Assembly: GCA_018001225.1 (NCBI GenBank)
Contig: JAGNIJ010000009.1
Coordinates: 821 to 64,820 of the forward strand
DNA length: 64,000 bases
Source of the DNA: Kiritimatiellia bacterium
GTDB taxonomy: Bacteria > Verrucomicrobiota > Kiritimatiellia > CAIQIC01 > JAGNIJ01
Direction: 5' to 3'
Position numbers and translations under genes: made by a program
The notes under the pieces: generated by a model
Seen by the model: only the letters and a program-made list of their open reading frames with translations
Told to the model about the DNA's origin: nothing
Databases searched by the model: none
Part shown: piece after piece, positions 18,903 through 28,982 of the stretch
Position numbering within the stretch: position 1 is the first letter of the stretch
Layout of the letters: each line of letters opens with the position of its first letter

Positions 18903-21392
18903 ATGCGATACGCCTTTCTTGGTTTCCTGGCCGCCGCGGCCGCGGCCGACACCACGGCGCCCGTGATTCTGACGTGGTCGGAGGATCCGCAGACCACGGT
19001 TACCGTTTTCTGGCAGCGGAACGATCCCGGCCGCGGCACGGTCCGGTACGGCCTGACCAGCCACTACACGGATTCCGTCTGCGACGCGGGCGGCGCGCGC
19101 CGGCACCGGATCACGCTGCAGGGCCTCGAACCGGGCACGGTCTATCACTACGAGGCGTCATCCACGGACGGTTTTGCCGCCGGCGACCGTACGTTCCGGA
19201 CCGCGCCCGGGCCGACCGGCTCGCTGAATCTGGTCGTGTACGGCGACCTGCAGGGCGGCGCGGATGAGGGGGCGTGCCGCGGCGTGGCGGCGCAGGTCGC
19301 GGCGTGGGCGCCGGACCTGGTGATCCACATGGGCGACTTGTCGGACGAGGAGTACGGGGGCGCCGGGTACGCGACCTGGTCTGCTTTGTTCAACACGGTG
19401 ACCGATGTGTTCGACCGGGCCGTGTTCATGCCGGCGCCGGGCAACCACGATTATCCGGAAAGCGGAAGCTCGCTGTTCTGGCAGTTATTCAGCCTGCCCC
19501 ATCGCGACGTCCCCGGGGGGCCGTATTCCTTCCGCGCGGGCCCCGTGCATTTCACGGTGCTGAACTCGGACGCGGACATGGCGGGGCAGACGAACTGGCT
19601 CATGCGCGACCTGCAGGCGGCGGCGTTCGACACGAACGTGACGTGGCTCGTGCCGTACTTTCACCGGCCGCCGTACTCGTGGGGCGAGCGCGAGGGCGAC
19701 GAGGAGGTCAAGACCAACTGGTGCCGCCTGTTTGCGATGTACGGGGCGGACGTGGTCTTCAGCGGGCACAGCCACAACTACCAGCGCACCGTGCCCATCC
19801 GCGGCGTGACGTACGCGATCGTCGGGGGCGGCGGCGCCTCGCTCTACGATTCCGACTTCACGCCCGGCAGCCACGAGTACGCCACGACGTGCTACCACTT
19901 CGTGGACCTGCGGATCACCGGCTCGGTCATGCGCTACCGCGCGATTCGCAGTGACGGCCTGGTGTTCGAGGATCTTGCCTTCACCAACGCCCGGCGCAAG
20001 GTGCGCGTGGAGCCCGCCTTTCCCGAGCGGGGCGGGACGGCGAAGATCCTCTACGACGCCGCGCAGGGCCCGCTGTTCTACTCCTCGCCCGTGTGGATTC
20101 ACCTCGGGGTGGACGCGTTCGGCAGCGCCCTCGTGGACACCTCGATGACCTGGAACGCGGCCAGCGGCCTCTGGGAGCACACGGTCACTGTGCCCGCCGC
20201 CACCTCGAACCGGATCGCCTTCGTGTTCCACGACGCGGCGGCCACGAACTGGGACAACAACTACGACTACAACTGGCAGGCGCTGCTGGACGACATGCCG
20301 TACGAGGCGCCGACCTCCCCGCCGCCGCGGATCGTCGCGGCCGGAACCCCCGCGATCACCGGCGATCCCGCCGGGCAGAACAACATCGGGGATGCTTTCG
20401 ACTTCGGCACGAACGGCGGGCCGCTGGAGGTTCGGGACGGTTCGGGGTTCGGCGACTTCGGGCGGCTCTATTTCAACCACGACAGCTCGAACCTGTACGT
20501 CGGCGGGATCGGCGCCGACCTGGGCGGGTCGAACAACGTGTTCGTCCTCTTCCTGGGCCTGGACACGCTGACGGACAACGCGGAGAACCTGTGGCACAAG
20601 GCCGGTCCGCCGCAGGCCCTCGACCAGATGCACAACGTCGGGTTCGTCGAGCCGATGGACCTGGCCATGGTCTTCGGAGATGAGTACGGCGACGGGCCGG
20701 CTTTCACGAATTTCACATACGGCGGCTATGATTTCGGACAGGGCCTTTACTACATCGGCACCAACACCGCCGCCTTTGTTCCCGTGCCCAACGCCCGGCT
20801 GTCGCAGTTCGACGGCACGGGCACGACGGCCTGCGTCAGCGCCGACGATGACGGGGACCGGCGCACGGATCGATGGGAGGCCTCGCTGCCCTGGTCGGCG
20901 CTCAACGCGTCCGGGGGGGCGACCTCGCTGACCTGGCTCCTGGTTTCGGGCGTGATCGCCTCCGGCTCCACCAACGGGAACAACCGCTACCTCTCCGCCT
21001 CCCACATCGCGGCGAGGGGCTACGGGACAGAGGATGAGTACGGGAACTTCGGCTATGGCTTTGTGACCCTGGAGCCGGTCAAGATCGCGCTGGAGCACGG
21101 CGACGAGGACGGCGACGGGATGAACAACCGCGCGGAATCCGTCGCCGGAACCCGGCTGGACGACGCCGCATCCCTGCTCCAGGCCCGGGCGGAGGAGGCC
21201 GCCGCGGACCGGCTCGTTCTCCGGTGGAGCAGCGAGTCGAACCGGACGTACGCCCTGCTCGGCGCCACGAACTTGCTTTCAGGCTTCAGCGAACTTACCA
21301 ACAACCTCCCCGCCACGCCGCCCTCGAACTCGCACACGACAAACATCAGTTCCGCGCAAAGCGGGTTCTATCGGGTAGAAGTGAAGCATTGA
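18903..21392 (+). CDS. Secreted metallophosphoesterase (purple-acid-phosphatase-like, N-terminal FN3) with putative starch-binding CBM and C-terminal shared module (829 aa)
   Basis: H...L.GLEPGT.Y.Y FN3 domain; GDLQG, GDLSD, GNHD, FHRPPY, GHSHNY motifs; WIHLG...W...V.VP....FVF.D....WDNN (CBM25/53-like); ends FYRVEVKH. Confidence 0.8.
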   Translation: MRYAFLGFLAAAAAADTTAPVILTWSEDPQTTVTVFWQRNDPGRGTVRYGLTSHYTDSVCDAGGARRHRITLQGLEPGTVYHYEASSTDGFAAGDRTFRTAPGPTGSLNLVVYGDLQGGADEGACRGVAAQVAAWAPDLVIHMGDLSDEEYGGAGYATWSALFNTVTDVFDRAVFMPAPGNHDYPESGSSLFWQLFSLPHRDVPGGPYSFRAGPVHFTVLNSDADMAGQTNWLMRDLQAAAFDTNVTWLVPYFHRPPYSWGEREGDEEVKTNWCRLFAMYGADVVFSGHSHNYQRTVPIRGVTYAIVGGGGASLYDSDFTPGSHEYATTCYHFVDLRITGSVMRYRAIRSDGLVFEDLAFTNARRKVRVEPAFPERGGTAKILYDAAQGPLFYSSPVWIHLGVDAFGSALVDTSMTWNAASGLWEHTVTVPAATSNRIAFVFHDAAATNWDNNYDYNWQALLDDMPYEAPTSPPPRIVAAGTPAITGDPAGQNNIGDAFDFGTNGGPLEVRDGSGFGDFGRLYFNHDSSNLYVGGIGADLGGSNNVFVLFLGLDTLTDNAENLWHKAGPPQALDQMHNVGFVEPMDLAMVFGDEYGDGPAFTNFTYGGYDFGQGLYYIGTNTAAFVPVPNARLSQFDGTGTTACVSADDDGDRRTDRWEASLPWSALNASGGATSLTWLLVSGVIASGSTNGNNRYLSASHIAARGYGTEDEYGNFGYGFVTLEPVKIALEHGDEDGDGMNNRAESVAGTRLDDAASLLQARAEEAAADRLVLRWSSESNRTYALLGATNLLSGFSELTNNLPATPPSNSHTTNISSAQSGFYRVEVKH

Positions 21393-21398
21393 GCATTT

Positions 21399-21503
21399 TG
21401 TCATCCTGATCGCAGCGAAGGATCTCTTGAGGCGCACGGTGGTCGGCATTGAAAGCCGGGTCGTGGGCGGCAGAGGAGATGCCTCGCTTCGCTCGGAATG
21501 ACA
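21399..21503. repeat. TGTCATCC...GAATGACA type palindromic intergenic repeat
   Basis: TGTCATCCTGATCGCAGCGAAGGATCT at left and AGATGCCTCGCTTCGCTCGGAATGACA at right form imperfect terminal inverted repeats between convergent genes. Confidence 0.75.
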
Positions 21504-21524
21504 GACGGGTAATGACCGGCTGGC

Positions 21525-24500
21525 CTACGGTTCCAGCCGGATCCGATAAAACCGGCCGGCGACCCCTTCGACGGCATCCGTGACGGTATTGAGCGGCGGA
21601 TCCGCAGGGAGGTTGGTGAAGGGCGTATCCGTGAAGCCCTCGAACAGGTTGGTGGAGTGCTGGACGCGGTACCGTTGCCCGGTCGCGCTGGACCAGGACA
21701 GGAGGAACGCGCCCGGGGCCGGACCGTGGCGGGGCCCCGAGAGCCCGAGGTAGGAGCCGCCGTCGTTCGGGTTCGTGCCGGCAAGCAACTCGGACTCGTC
21801 CGGCATTCCGTCTTCGTCGGTGTCCCAGGCCGCGAGGACGGCCTCGTAGGCGCCCCGGTCCGCGACGAGGTGCAGGATGCGCGGCCGCCCGTCCAGTTCC
21901 AGCGCGCCTGCCATCCAGGCCCGGTTCGTCCCGGCGTCGATGCAGGGAGAGGCGTCGCCCAGCCGGAAAGCGCCCGAGGCGGCGTCCGCGAAAGCGGGAT
22001 TCGACGCCCCGTTGCCGGCGCCGGCGACGGCGGGCCCCGTGGTGCAGTACCGAACGTCCTGGCCGGACCCGAACAGGACGATGTTCGAGCCCGAGGAGGC
22101 GCTGTTGGCCCAGGCGATGGAGTTGAGCAGGACTGCGCCGCCGTTGAGGTAGACGCCGCCGGCCTCCGCGCCCGAGTTCCTCGCGAACGTGCAGCTCTCG
22201 ACGACCGGCGCCCCGGAGTCGGTGTAGGTGTACACGCCTCCGCCGCGCTCGCCGGCGCTGTTGCCGTAGGCCAGGCAGTTCCGGAGTTCGCCGCCGTTGA
22301 TCAGCGCCGCGCCGCCTCCGCTCTTTTCCGTCGTGTTGCTGTGAAGAATGCAGTTCATCAGCACGCCGCCGCCTTCCAGGCGCGCGCCGCCGCCGCTGTT
22401 CCCGCCGCCAGCTCCCCGGCGAATCGTAAAGCCCTCGACCACCGCTTCCGCGTGCGTCACGTAGAGAACGCGCGTCGCGTTGCCGCCGTCCAGGATCGCG
22501 CCGGCCGGGCCGTTCGTGCTGCGGAGGGTCAGCGCCTTGGCGATGCTGACCTGCGCGGCCAGCGCATACGTCGCTTCGGTCACCAGCACGGTGGCCCCCG
22601 CGGGCGCGTAATCCACCGCGGCCTGGATGCTGGTGGCGGCTGTGCCCCACGTCGTGTACGGCGGCGTATGGCTGCCGGCCGGGGACACGTAGTACGCGGC
22701 CGGCGCATCCGCCGCGAACTGCGCGGTCAGCGACACGGGCGCGGCGACGGTCACGGAGATCGAAGTGGACAGCGACCCGCCCGCCGTGATCGCATTCGTG
22801 TCGCCGGCCCACTGCGCGAACCGGTACCCGTTGCTGGGCGAGGCCTGCAGCGCCACGACCGCGCCGGGCTCGGCCCAGCCGCCCTCCGGCTCGACCCGGC
22901 CACCGCCGCCCGACGTGACGGTCAGCATGTAATTCGTGGTCCAGCGCCAGGTGAGCGCGGCGTCGTTGGTCGCGGTCATCGTCATCCAGTTCGTGCCGCC
23001 GGCTTCCGGGCTGTGGCCGGTCATCACCCAGCCCGCGCAGGCGTAGCGCGCGCCGCCCTGGATGTCCGGCGTGGTGACGCTGTTGGTCATGATCTGGCCG
23101 GCGGCGACCAGGTGCGCCCCCGACGCCGGAGAGGCGGTCCCGTGGTCGGTCCGGATCGTTAACGTGAAGTTCGTCCCGCTGGACTCGTGGCTGCCGGGCG
23201 TGGGCGAGGCGGCGGACCAGCTTGCGGCGTCCGCACCCCACAGGGCGGGGGAGCCGCGCGTCAGCGACGAGCCACCGCCGTCCGCGCCCGCCGGCCACGG
23301 CGCGTCGTCGTCGTAGGCGATCACATCTTCGATCAGCATCGGATAGTACGTGGGCTCGCCCGGGGGCGGGTCGTCCGGCCGCATCAGCCGCACGTCCTCC
23401 CCGCCGTTGTCCAGCGCGCCCGAGTACGCGCCGGCGAGCGGGACGGACGTCGAGATCCCGTAGACCGCCCGGAAGTCCGCGAGCAGCGCGCTGTTCGAGG
23501 GCGCGGCCGGATTGAACGGCAGCACGACCAGGGCCGACTGGGCCCCGATGGCCGTGCCGGTCGGGAACGGGAACGTGACGCCTGTGTCGAGTTGCCAGCG
23601 GGTCAGGTCCACGACCTGGGACAGGGGATTGTAGATTTCCACGAACTCCAGGTGGTTGCTGCCGTTAGGCGGGTTGTACATGACCTCGCTGATCAGCAGC
23701 GGGCCGACGCGCGGGCCGCTGTTGGCCTCGCCGAGGGTCCGGCTGGCCATCGGGTACAGGCTGCCCGAACCGTTCGGCCAGCGCCCGAACGATTCCCCGT
23801 TGGCCGCCGCGCCGAACTCGGGGTGGTCCACGAACCGCTGCAGGTTCCCCGCGGCGTCCGCCTGCATCAGGTAGACGTCGTCCCCGTGCGCACCGTCCAG
23901 CGCGAAGTCGTTGGTGTCCACGCCGCCCGACGTGTTGAAGTGGTTGGTTTCGTCGAACGCGATGTACGCGCCCGCGGCCAGCACCGTGCCGTCCGGGATC
24001 TGGTACTTCGTGTACCGGTCGCTGGTGTCGGTCAGGTACCACCCGCCGATGTCGATCGCGCTCTCGGTCGTGTTGACCAGCTCGATCGCGTCGCACAGCG
24101 GCGGGTCGGTGTGGGTCAGCACCTCGTTGACGACGACCCGGTTGTCCGGCCCGAGCCCCGCCGCGCCCGGCGAGCCTCCGTACTCCGAGCTCGACCGCCA
24201 GTTGAACGGATCGTCGTAGCTCGCTGCCGGGTCGAGCACCTCCAGGCTGCTGCCCTTGCCGTCCGCGCGGCCCGGCCAGTCCCCGCTGTCGTCGTACGTG
24301 AAGGCCTTGAAGACCTGCCCGGCCGCGTTGAGCAGTTGCAGGGCCTCGCCCCCGTTGCTCAAGTTGCCGCTGTACTGGCCGATGACCTGGATGGCCGCGT
24401 TGGTGTAGCGGACGCGGAAGGAGTTGCTGTGCGACGTGATCACGGCGTACTCGCCCGCGCCCAGCGTGAAGGCCGGGAACGTGAACGTGATGCCGGCGGT

Positions 24501-26789
24501 GAACCGGTAGCCTTCGAGCGCCAGCGGAGTGCTGCCGGCGTTGTGCAATTCGAGGAATTCCAGGTTCTGGTCGTCGGTCACCCCCGCGGCGATCTCCACG
24601 GCGGTCCGGGCGTAGGGATTGTAGTTCAGCTCCGTGATGACGAGGGCCGCCGCGGCGTTGGTGACGGTCAGGGTCAGCGCGTAGTTCGTGCCGCCGAAGG
24701 GATGGAAGGTTGCTTGGCCCGTGTTGTCCGACGCCCGCAGGATATAGCGCAGCGAGCCGTTGGTCGTGAACGCGGGGAGCGCCGCGGACCACAGGTCCGC
24801 GCCCCGGTTCGTCAGCGCCGCCTCGTTGGTCGGCCCGCCGTTGAAAGAGTAAACGAACTGAACTGACGCCACCGCCACGTCGTCCGTCACGCGCGCCGAG
24901 ACCGTGAAGGCGTCGTTGACGAACGGGGGATCGGGGTCCAAGGCGAAGCCGGAGATGATCGGCCCGATGTTTTGCAGGTCGAGCTGGGCCAGGGCGTTGG
25001 TCTGCCGGATGCCGATGAATTCCGTGATGCCGTAGTTGTTGGGCACGCCGGCGTAGGGCTGCGCATAGTCGAAAGAATAGAAAAAATGGTCGTAGGTCCA
25101 ATAGGGCCAGTCCCCGGCGTACCGGTCGCGCTCGCGGTCCTTCATGTTGCTGACGCCGCCCGAGAGGATCGGCAGGGCCGCGACGAGGTTGGATCGCGTG
25201 GCATACAGCGCCGGGTTCAGGCGGGCGTTGGAGTACACGGAATCCAGCATCTGCTTCATGTAGAACGAGTAGCGGTTCCGGAACTCCGGCACGTCCATGA
25301 TTTTGGCCGCCAGCGGCGCGCCGTTGGGATTGCCGTCGCCCCAGCCATAGGGCGAGCGGGATTCCCAGTCGAGATCAATCCAGTCGATGCCGAAGCTGTT
25401 GTCGAAATCGTAGGGGAGGAACTGCCAGCGGCCCGAGAGGGGGTCGTGGAAGAGATGGTAGTTGTTGGCGTTGGCCCAGTAGTTGTCCCAGTTGCCGCAG
25501 AGCACGTCGATCGCCATGCGCTTCAGGAAGCCGTCCACGTCGAACGCCTGCATGATCGCGTTGGGAAAGTCGTTGCTGGGCGTCTGGTCGATCAGCGCGA
25601 TGAACTCCGCGAGGTCATCGTAAGATGAGTCGCCTCCGCCGTCGTGCTTCAGCTCGTAGGTCGTGCCGTCCCCGATATAGGAGCTGCCCGTCGGCCCGCG
25701 GTAGGAGAGGTTCGCCGGCCACTGGCGGTAGTTGCACTTGTAAAGGTTGCCCGCGCTGCTGCCGAAGCGCGACTTGACGAACACATCGTCCACCGCCTCG
25801 GTATTGTTGCGCAGCGCGTCGAAGAAGGCGCCGCCGGGATAGTAGGCGCCGCGATCCCAGTTCGGACCGTGCACCACGAGGGCCACGTGGTTCGCGTACG
25901 ACGTCGGCAGGCCGGCCGTGTTGCCGAGGTCGTTCATGAGTTTCGGCCGGGCCGTGGACGGGTCGTTGGCGTCGGAGTTCCAGTACAGGCGCTCCATGCC
26001 GAACAGCCTCTGGCCGGGCACGAAGGCGTTGAGCGCGATGTTGAACGAGCGCGGCTGTTTCTCGCGGCTCGTGTTGCCGCGGCAGCGGATGCCGACGTTG
26101 CTGACCGTGACGTCGATGTCCCCGTGGCGGACGCGCAGCGTGATGGAGCGATAGGTTTCGTTCCACGGATCGTACATCAGCGTGTCCCAGTCCGACTGCG
26201 AGATCGTGATGTCCGCCCGCAGCGCCGAGTCGTCGCAGTAGAGCGGGTGGGGGCCCGGCCGGCAGGTGTTGGCCGCGCCGGGCGTGCGCCGGATCAGGTA
26301 GCCTGCGCGGCCCGCCCACAGCGAGGCGTTTGAGCCGGAGGTCTGCCAGCCGTAGGATACGTCCGGGTACTGGGAGGGGAAGGCTGGGGCGTACTGGCTG
26401 ATCACGTTCGTGCCCGTCGCGTCCACGAGGGCCAGGTACTCGCCGTCCGCGGAGAGCCTGAAGCTCGTGTGCAGGTTCGGGCTCGTCCGGTCCTTCTCCG
26501 AGGCGAAGACCACGAGATAGGCCCCCGCCGCCAGATTGGTCGGGGGGAACGCCCACTTGGCCGGCTGGTTTGTATCGTCCGTCAGGGACCAGCCGCCGAG
26601 GTCCACGTCCGCCGGTCCGGAATTGTAAATCTCGATCCAGTCCGAGTAATCCCCGTCCTCGTCCAGGAGTGCCGCCTGGTTGTCCGCCATGAACTCGCTG
26701 ATCCGCACGGCGGCGCGCGCCGGCAGCCGGGCCGCCAGCGTGAAGAGGCAAACGAAGGCGAGCGTAAGGCGCGCGGATAGCGGTTTCAT
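21525..26789 (-). CDS. Secreted CotH-family kinase with multiple lamin-tail domains, beta-helix/anchor-Q module and C-terminal shared module (1754 aa)
   Basis: Signal peptide; ISEFMA.N...DWIEIYN and three further (V/I)(T/N/S)E..YNP/TH LTD openers; CotH GIRCRGNTS, NWDNYW..ANNY, W.FLPYDFDNSFG; ADRGAYE; ends FYRIRLEP. Confidence 0.87.
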   Translation of the reverse strand: MKPLSARLTLAFVCLFTLAARLPARAAVRISEFMADNQAALLDEDGDYSDWIEIYNSGPADVDLGGWSLTDDTNQPAKWAFPPTNLAAGAYLVVFASEKDRTSPNLHTSFRLSADGEYLALVDATGTNVISQYAPAFPSQYPDVSYGWQTSGSNASLWAGRAGYLIRRTPGAANTCRPGPHPLYCDDSALRADITISQSDWDTLMYDPWNETYRSITLRVRHGDIDVTVSNVGIRCRGNTSREKQPRSFNIALNAFVPGQRLFGMERLYWNSDANDPSTARPKLMNDLGNTAGLPTSYANHVALVVHGPNWDRGAYYPGGAFFDALRNNTEAVDDVFVKSRFGSSAGNLYKCNYRQWPANLSYRGPTGSSYIGDGTTYELKHDGGGDSSYDDLAEFIALIDQTPSNDFPNAIMQAFDVDGFLKRMAIDVLCGNWDNYWANANNYHLFHDPLSGRWQFLPYDFDNSFGIDWIDLDWESRSPYGWGDGNPNGAPLAAKIMDVPEFRNRYSFYMKQMLDSVYSNARLNPALYATRSNLVAALPILSGGVSNMKDRERDRYAGDWPYWTYDHFFYSFDYAQPYAGVPNNYGITEFIGIRQTNALAQLDLQNIGPIISGFALDPDPPFVNDAFTVSARVTDDVAVASVQFVYSFNGGPTNEAALTNRGADLWSAALPAFTTNGSLRYILRASDNTGQATFHPFGGTNYALTLTVTNAAAALVITELNYNPYARTAVEIAAGVTDDQNLEFLELHNAGSTPLALEGYRFTAGITFTFPAFTLGAGEYAVITSHSNSFRVRYTNAAIQVIGQYSGNLSNGGEALQLLNAAGQVFKAFTYDDSGDWPGRADGKGSSLEVLDPAASYDDPFNWRSSSEYGGSPGAAGLGPDNRVVVNEVLTHTDPPLCDAIELVNTTESAIDIGGWYLTDTSDRYTKYQIPDGTVLAAGAYIAFDETNHFNTSGGVDTNDFALDGAHGDDVYLMQADAAGNLQRFVDHPEFGAAANGESFGRWPNGSGSLYPMASRTLGEANSGPRVGPLLISEVMYNPPNGSNHLEFVEIYNPLSQVVDLTRWQLDTGVTFPFPTGTAIGAQSALVVLPFNPAAPSNSALLADFRAVYGISTSVPLAGAYSGALDNGGEDVRLMRPDDPPPGEPTYYPMLIEDVIAYDDDAPWPAGADGGGSSLTRGSPALWGADAASWSAASPTPGSHESSGTNFTLTIRTDHGTASPASGAHLVAAGQIMTNSVTTPDIQGGARYACAGWVMTGHSPEAGGTNWMTMTATNDAALTWRWTTNYMLTVTSGGGGRVEPEGGWAEPGAVVALQASPSNGYRFAQWAGDTNAITAGGSLSTSISVTVAAPVSLTAQFAADAPAAYYVSPAGSHTPPYTTWGTAATSIQAAVDYAPAGATVLVTEATYALAAQVSIAKALTLRSTNGPAGAILDGGNATRVLYVTHAEAVVEGFTIRRGAGGGNSGGGARLEGGGVLMNCILHSNTTEKSGGGAALINGGELRNCLAYGNSAGERGGGVYTYTDSGAPVVESCTFARNSGAEAGGVYLNGGAVLLNSIAWANSASSGSNIVLFGSGQDVRYCTTGPAVAGAGNGASNPAFADAASGAFRLGDASPCIDAGTNRAWMAGALELDGRPRILHLVADRGAYEAVLAAWDTDEDGMPDESELLAGTNPNDGGSYLGLSGPRHGPAPGAFLLSWSSATGQRYRVQHSTNLFEGFTDTPFTNLPADPPLNTVTDAVEGVAGRFYRIRLEP

Positions 26790-26906
26790 ATCGACAACAT
26801 ACGTGCGGGCCCTCGCCGGGTAAAGCCCTTTACCTGCCGTCGCCTCTGTTGTATACGTACGCGTGGGAGTGGTTCATCGTTGCGGACGGGAAAGGGGCTA
26901 TGGGGT

Positions 26907-27683
26907 ATGAAAAAATACGCAATTCTCGGTGTCACACTGGCCCTGCTTCTCGGGGAACCGGCAGGGGCCACTCTGATCGCCGGGGACATCGCCGTCATTG
27001 CCTATCGCTCGGACAATCCCGACGCTTTTGCCTGGGTGGCGCTGACGGATATCGCGGCCGGCACGGTCGTGAATTTCACCGATTCGTCCGTCAGCAATAA
27101 CCTGTTCCGCTGGACCGAGCATCTGGACGGAGGCGGGCCTCTGACTTGGAGCCACGGCGATAACGTGGCCGCCGGGACGGTCATCAGTTTCCATACCAAC
27201 ACGTCCACGTGGAGCCTGGGAACCCTCGGGGGATCTCTGCTGGGGTTGAGCAACGACGGCGACCAGATCTTCGCGTACACGGGCGTCATCACGGACCTGG
27301 GTGGCGGCGATGCGCACCGCGGGGATCCCTCCGGTGCCGTGCTGTTGTACGGCCTAGATTTCGCCAACGGCGGCTGGCTGACCTCCGGGGCCAGCAGTGC
27401 GGGGGAGAGCTATGTGCCCGCCGGTATTTCGGGCGTGAGCGCGGTTTACATCGGCAACTTTGACAACGGATACTACAATGGCATCGTTGCAGGGACGCCG
27501 GACGCCCTGCGCGCCGCCATAGCGGATTCGGCGAACTGGGTGTTGAGCAATACCGCCCAGGATCCGGCGACTTGGAAGGCGGACGGCGCCACCTTCACCG
27601 TTATTCCCGAACCCGGCTCCCTGCCGTTGCTGGGCTTGGCTCTTCTGCTGATCCGCCGCCGTCTGCGGAGACATGCCCAATAA
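26907..27683 (+). CDS. PEP-CTERM sorting-domain protein (258 aa)
   Basis: Signal peptide MKKYAILGVTLALLLGEPAGA; C-terminus VIPEPGSLPLLGLALLLIRRRLRR (PEP motif, TM helix, Arg cluster). Confidence 0.88.
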   Translation: MKKYAILGVTLALLLGEPAGATLIAGDIAVIAYRSDNPDAFAWVALTDIAAGTVVNFTDSSVSNNLFRWTEHLDGGGPLTWSHGDNVAAGTVISFHTNTSTWSLGTLGGSLLGLSNDGDQIFAYTGVITDLGGGDAHRGDPSGAVLLYGLDFANGGWLTSGASSAGESYVPAGISGVSAVYIGNFDNGYYNGIVAGTPDALRAAIADSANWVLSNTAQDPATWKADGATFTVIPEPGSLPLLGLALLLIRRRLRRHAQ

Positions 27684-28974
27684 GGGTAAACGGGCCCGTC
27701 CAGTCCAGCGTCACCGGCGCGATGCGGCCCAGCCGGTCTCCGTCGCCCTCGAAGAACACGAGCTTGTTTTGCGGCGTGCGGCCGCGCCAGCGGCCGTTCT
27801 TCGCCTGCTCTTCCGCCAGGACTTCCACGGTCCGGCCCAGTAACGCGGCGTTTTTCTCCGCCTGGATTTCGGTCTGACGGTCCTCCAGCATTTGCCACCG
27901 CCGCTGCTTTTCCCCCGGCGGCACGTCGTCGTTCAGCGTCCGGGCCGCCGCGGTGCCCGGCCGCACGGAGTACTGCGCGATGTGCGCGACGTCCAGCCGC
28001 AGTTCGTCGAGCAGCCGGTACGAATCCATGAACTGCGCCTCGGTCTCGCCCGGGAATCCGACGATGATGTCCGTCAGCACGGCGGCGTCGGGGATCGTTT
28101 CGCGGATCCGGCCGACCAGCCGCCGGTAGTCGTCCGCCGTGTACCCGCGCTTCATCCGGGCGAGGATTTCGTCGTTGCCCGACTGGAAGGGCACCTCGAT
28201 GTAAGGACAGACTTTTGGCAGGCGCGCCACGGCGTCGAGAAGCCGGTCGGTCAGCCAGTTGGGGTGGCTGGTCAGGAACCGCACGCGCAGGATCTCGGGG
28301 ATCGCGCTGATCTGTTCCAGCAGGCCGGCGAGGTCCGGCTTCCCGTCCAGGTCGAGCCCGTACCGGTCCACGATCTGGCCGAGCAGCGTGATTTCCCGCA
28401 CGCCCTGGTCCGCCAGGCGGCGCGCCTCCCGCAGGATGTCGGCGGGCGGGCGGCTCCGCTCGCGCCCGCGCCGGCCGGGGATGACGCAGAACGTGCAGCC
28501 GTGCGAGCAGCCGAGCACGGCGGGCACGTAGGCCGTGACCGCCCGCGCCTGCTGCGAAGCCGGCAGAACGGGCTCGCCGTCCTGCATCGCGTCGCGCTCC
28601 GCGCGGCGGGTCTTCCCGTGCGCGGCCTCGACGTGGTCGAGCAGGGGCGCGGCGTCCGACGGCGGGGCGAAGACGTCCACCCACGGGAAGCGCTGCTTCA
28701 GCTCGGGCAGTTCGCGGGGCGAAACCATGCAGCCCATGAGCGCGATGACCGTGTCGGGTTTTTTACGCTTGAGCGCCTTGAGCGGGTGGAGCCGACGCAC
28801 GGCGCGGTCCTCCGCCTGCTGCCGGACCACGCAGGTGTTGAGCACGACGAGAGACGCCTCTTCCGCGTGCCGGGCGGGCGCGTAGCCGAGCGCCTCGAGC
28901 TGCGCGGCGACCTTGCGGGAGTCGGCCTCGTTCATCTGGCAGCCGATCGTCCAGATATGGTACGTGCGATCCAT
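27601..28974 (-). CDS. miaB: tRNA-2-methylthio-N6-dimethylallyladenosine synthase (457 aa)
   Basis: TIGCQMNEADS, LNTCVVR..AE, GCM, radical SAM GCSHGCTFCVIP, QSG...L.RMKRGYT, TDIIVGFPGETE.QF, C-terminal TRAM GRTPQNKLV; start ATG 28974. Confidence 0.93.
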   Translation of the reverse strand: MDRTYHIWTIGCQMNEADSRKVAAQLEALGYAPARHAEEASLVVLNTCVVRQQAEDRAVRRLHPLKALKRKKPDTVIALMGCMVSPRELPELKQRFPWVDVFAPPSDAAPLLDHVEAAHGKTRRAERDAMQDGEPVLPASQQARAVTAYVPAVLGCSHGCTFCVIPGRRGRERSRPPADILREARRLADQGVREITLLGQIVDRYGLDLDGKPDLAGLLEQISAIPEILRVRFLTSHPNWLTDRLLDAVARLPKVCPYIEVPFQSGNDEILARMKRGYTADDYRRLVGRIRETIPDAAVLTDIIVGFPGETEAQFMDSYRLLDELRLDVAHIAQYSVRPGTAAARTLNDDVPPGEKQRRWQMLEDRQTEIQAEKNAALLGRTVEVLAEEQAKNGRWRGRTPQNKLVFFEGDGDRLGRIAPVTLDWTGPFTLIGHVSADGGGSAEEPSPATAGSRVRE

Positions 28975-28982
28975 TATCGGAA

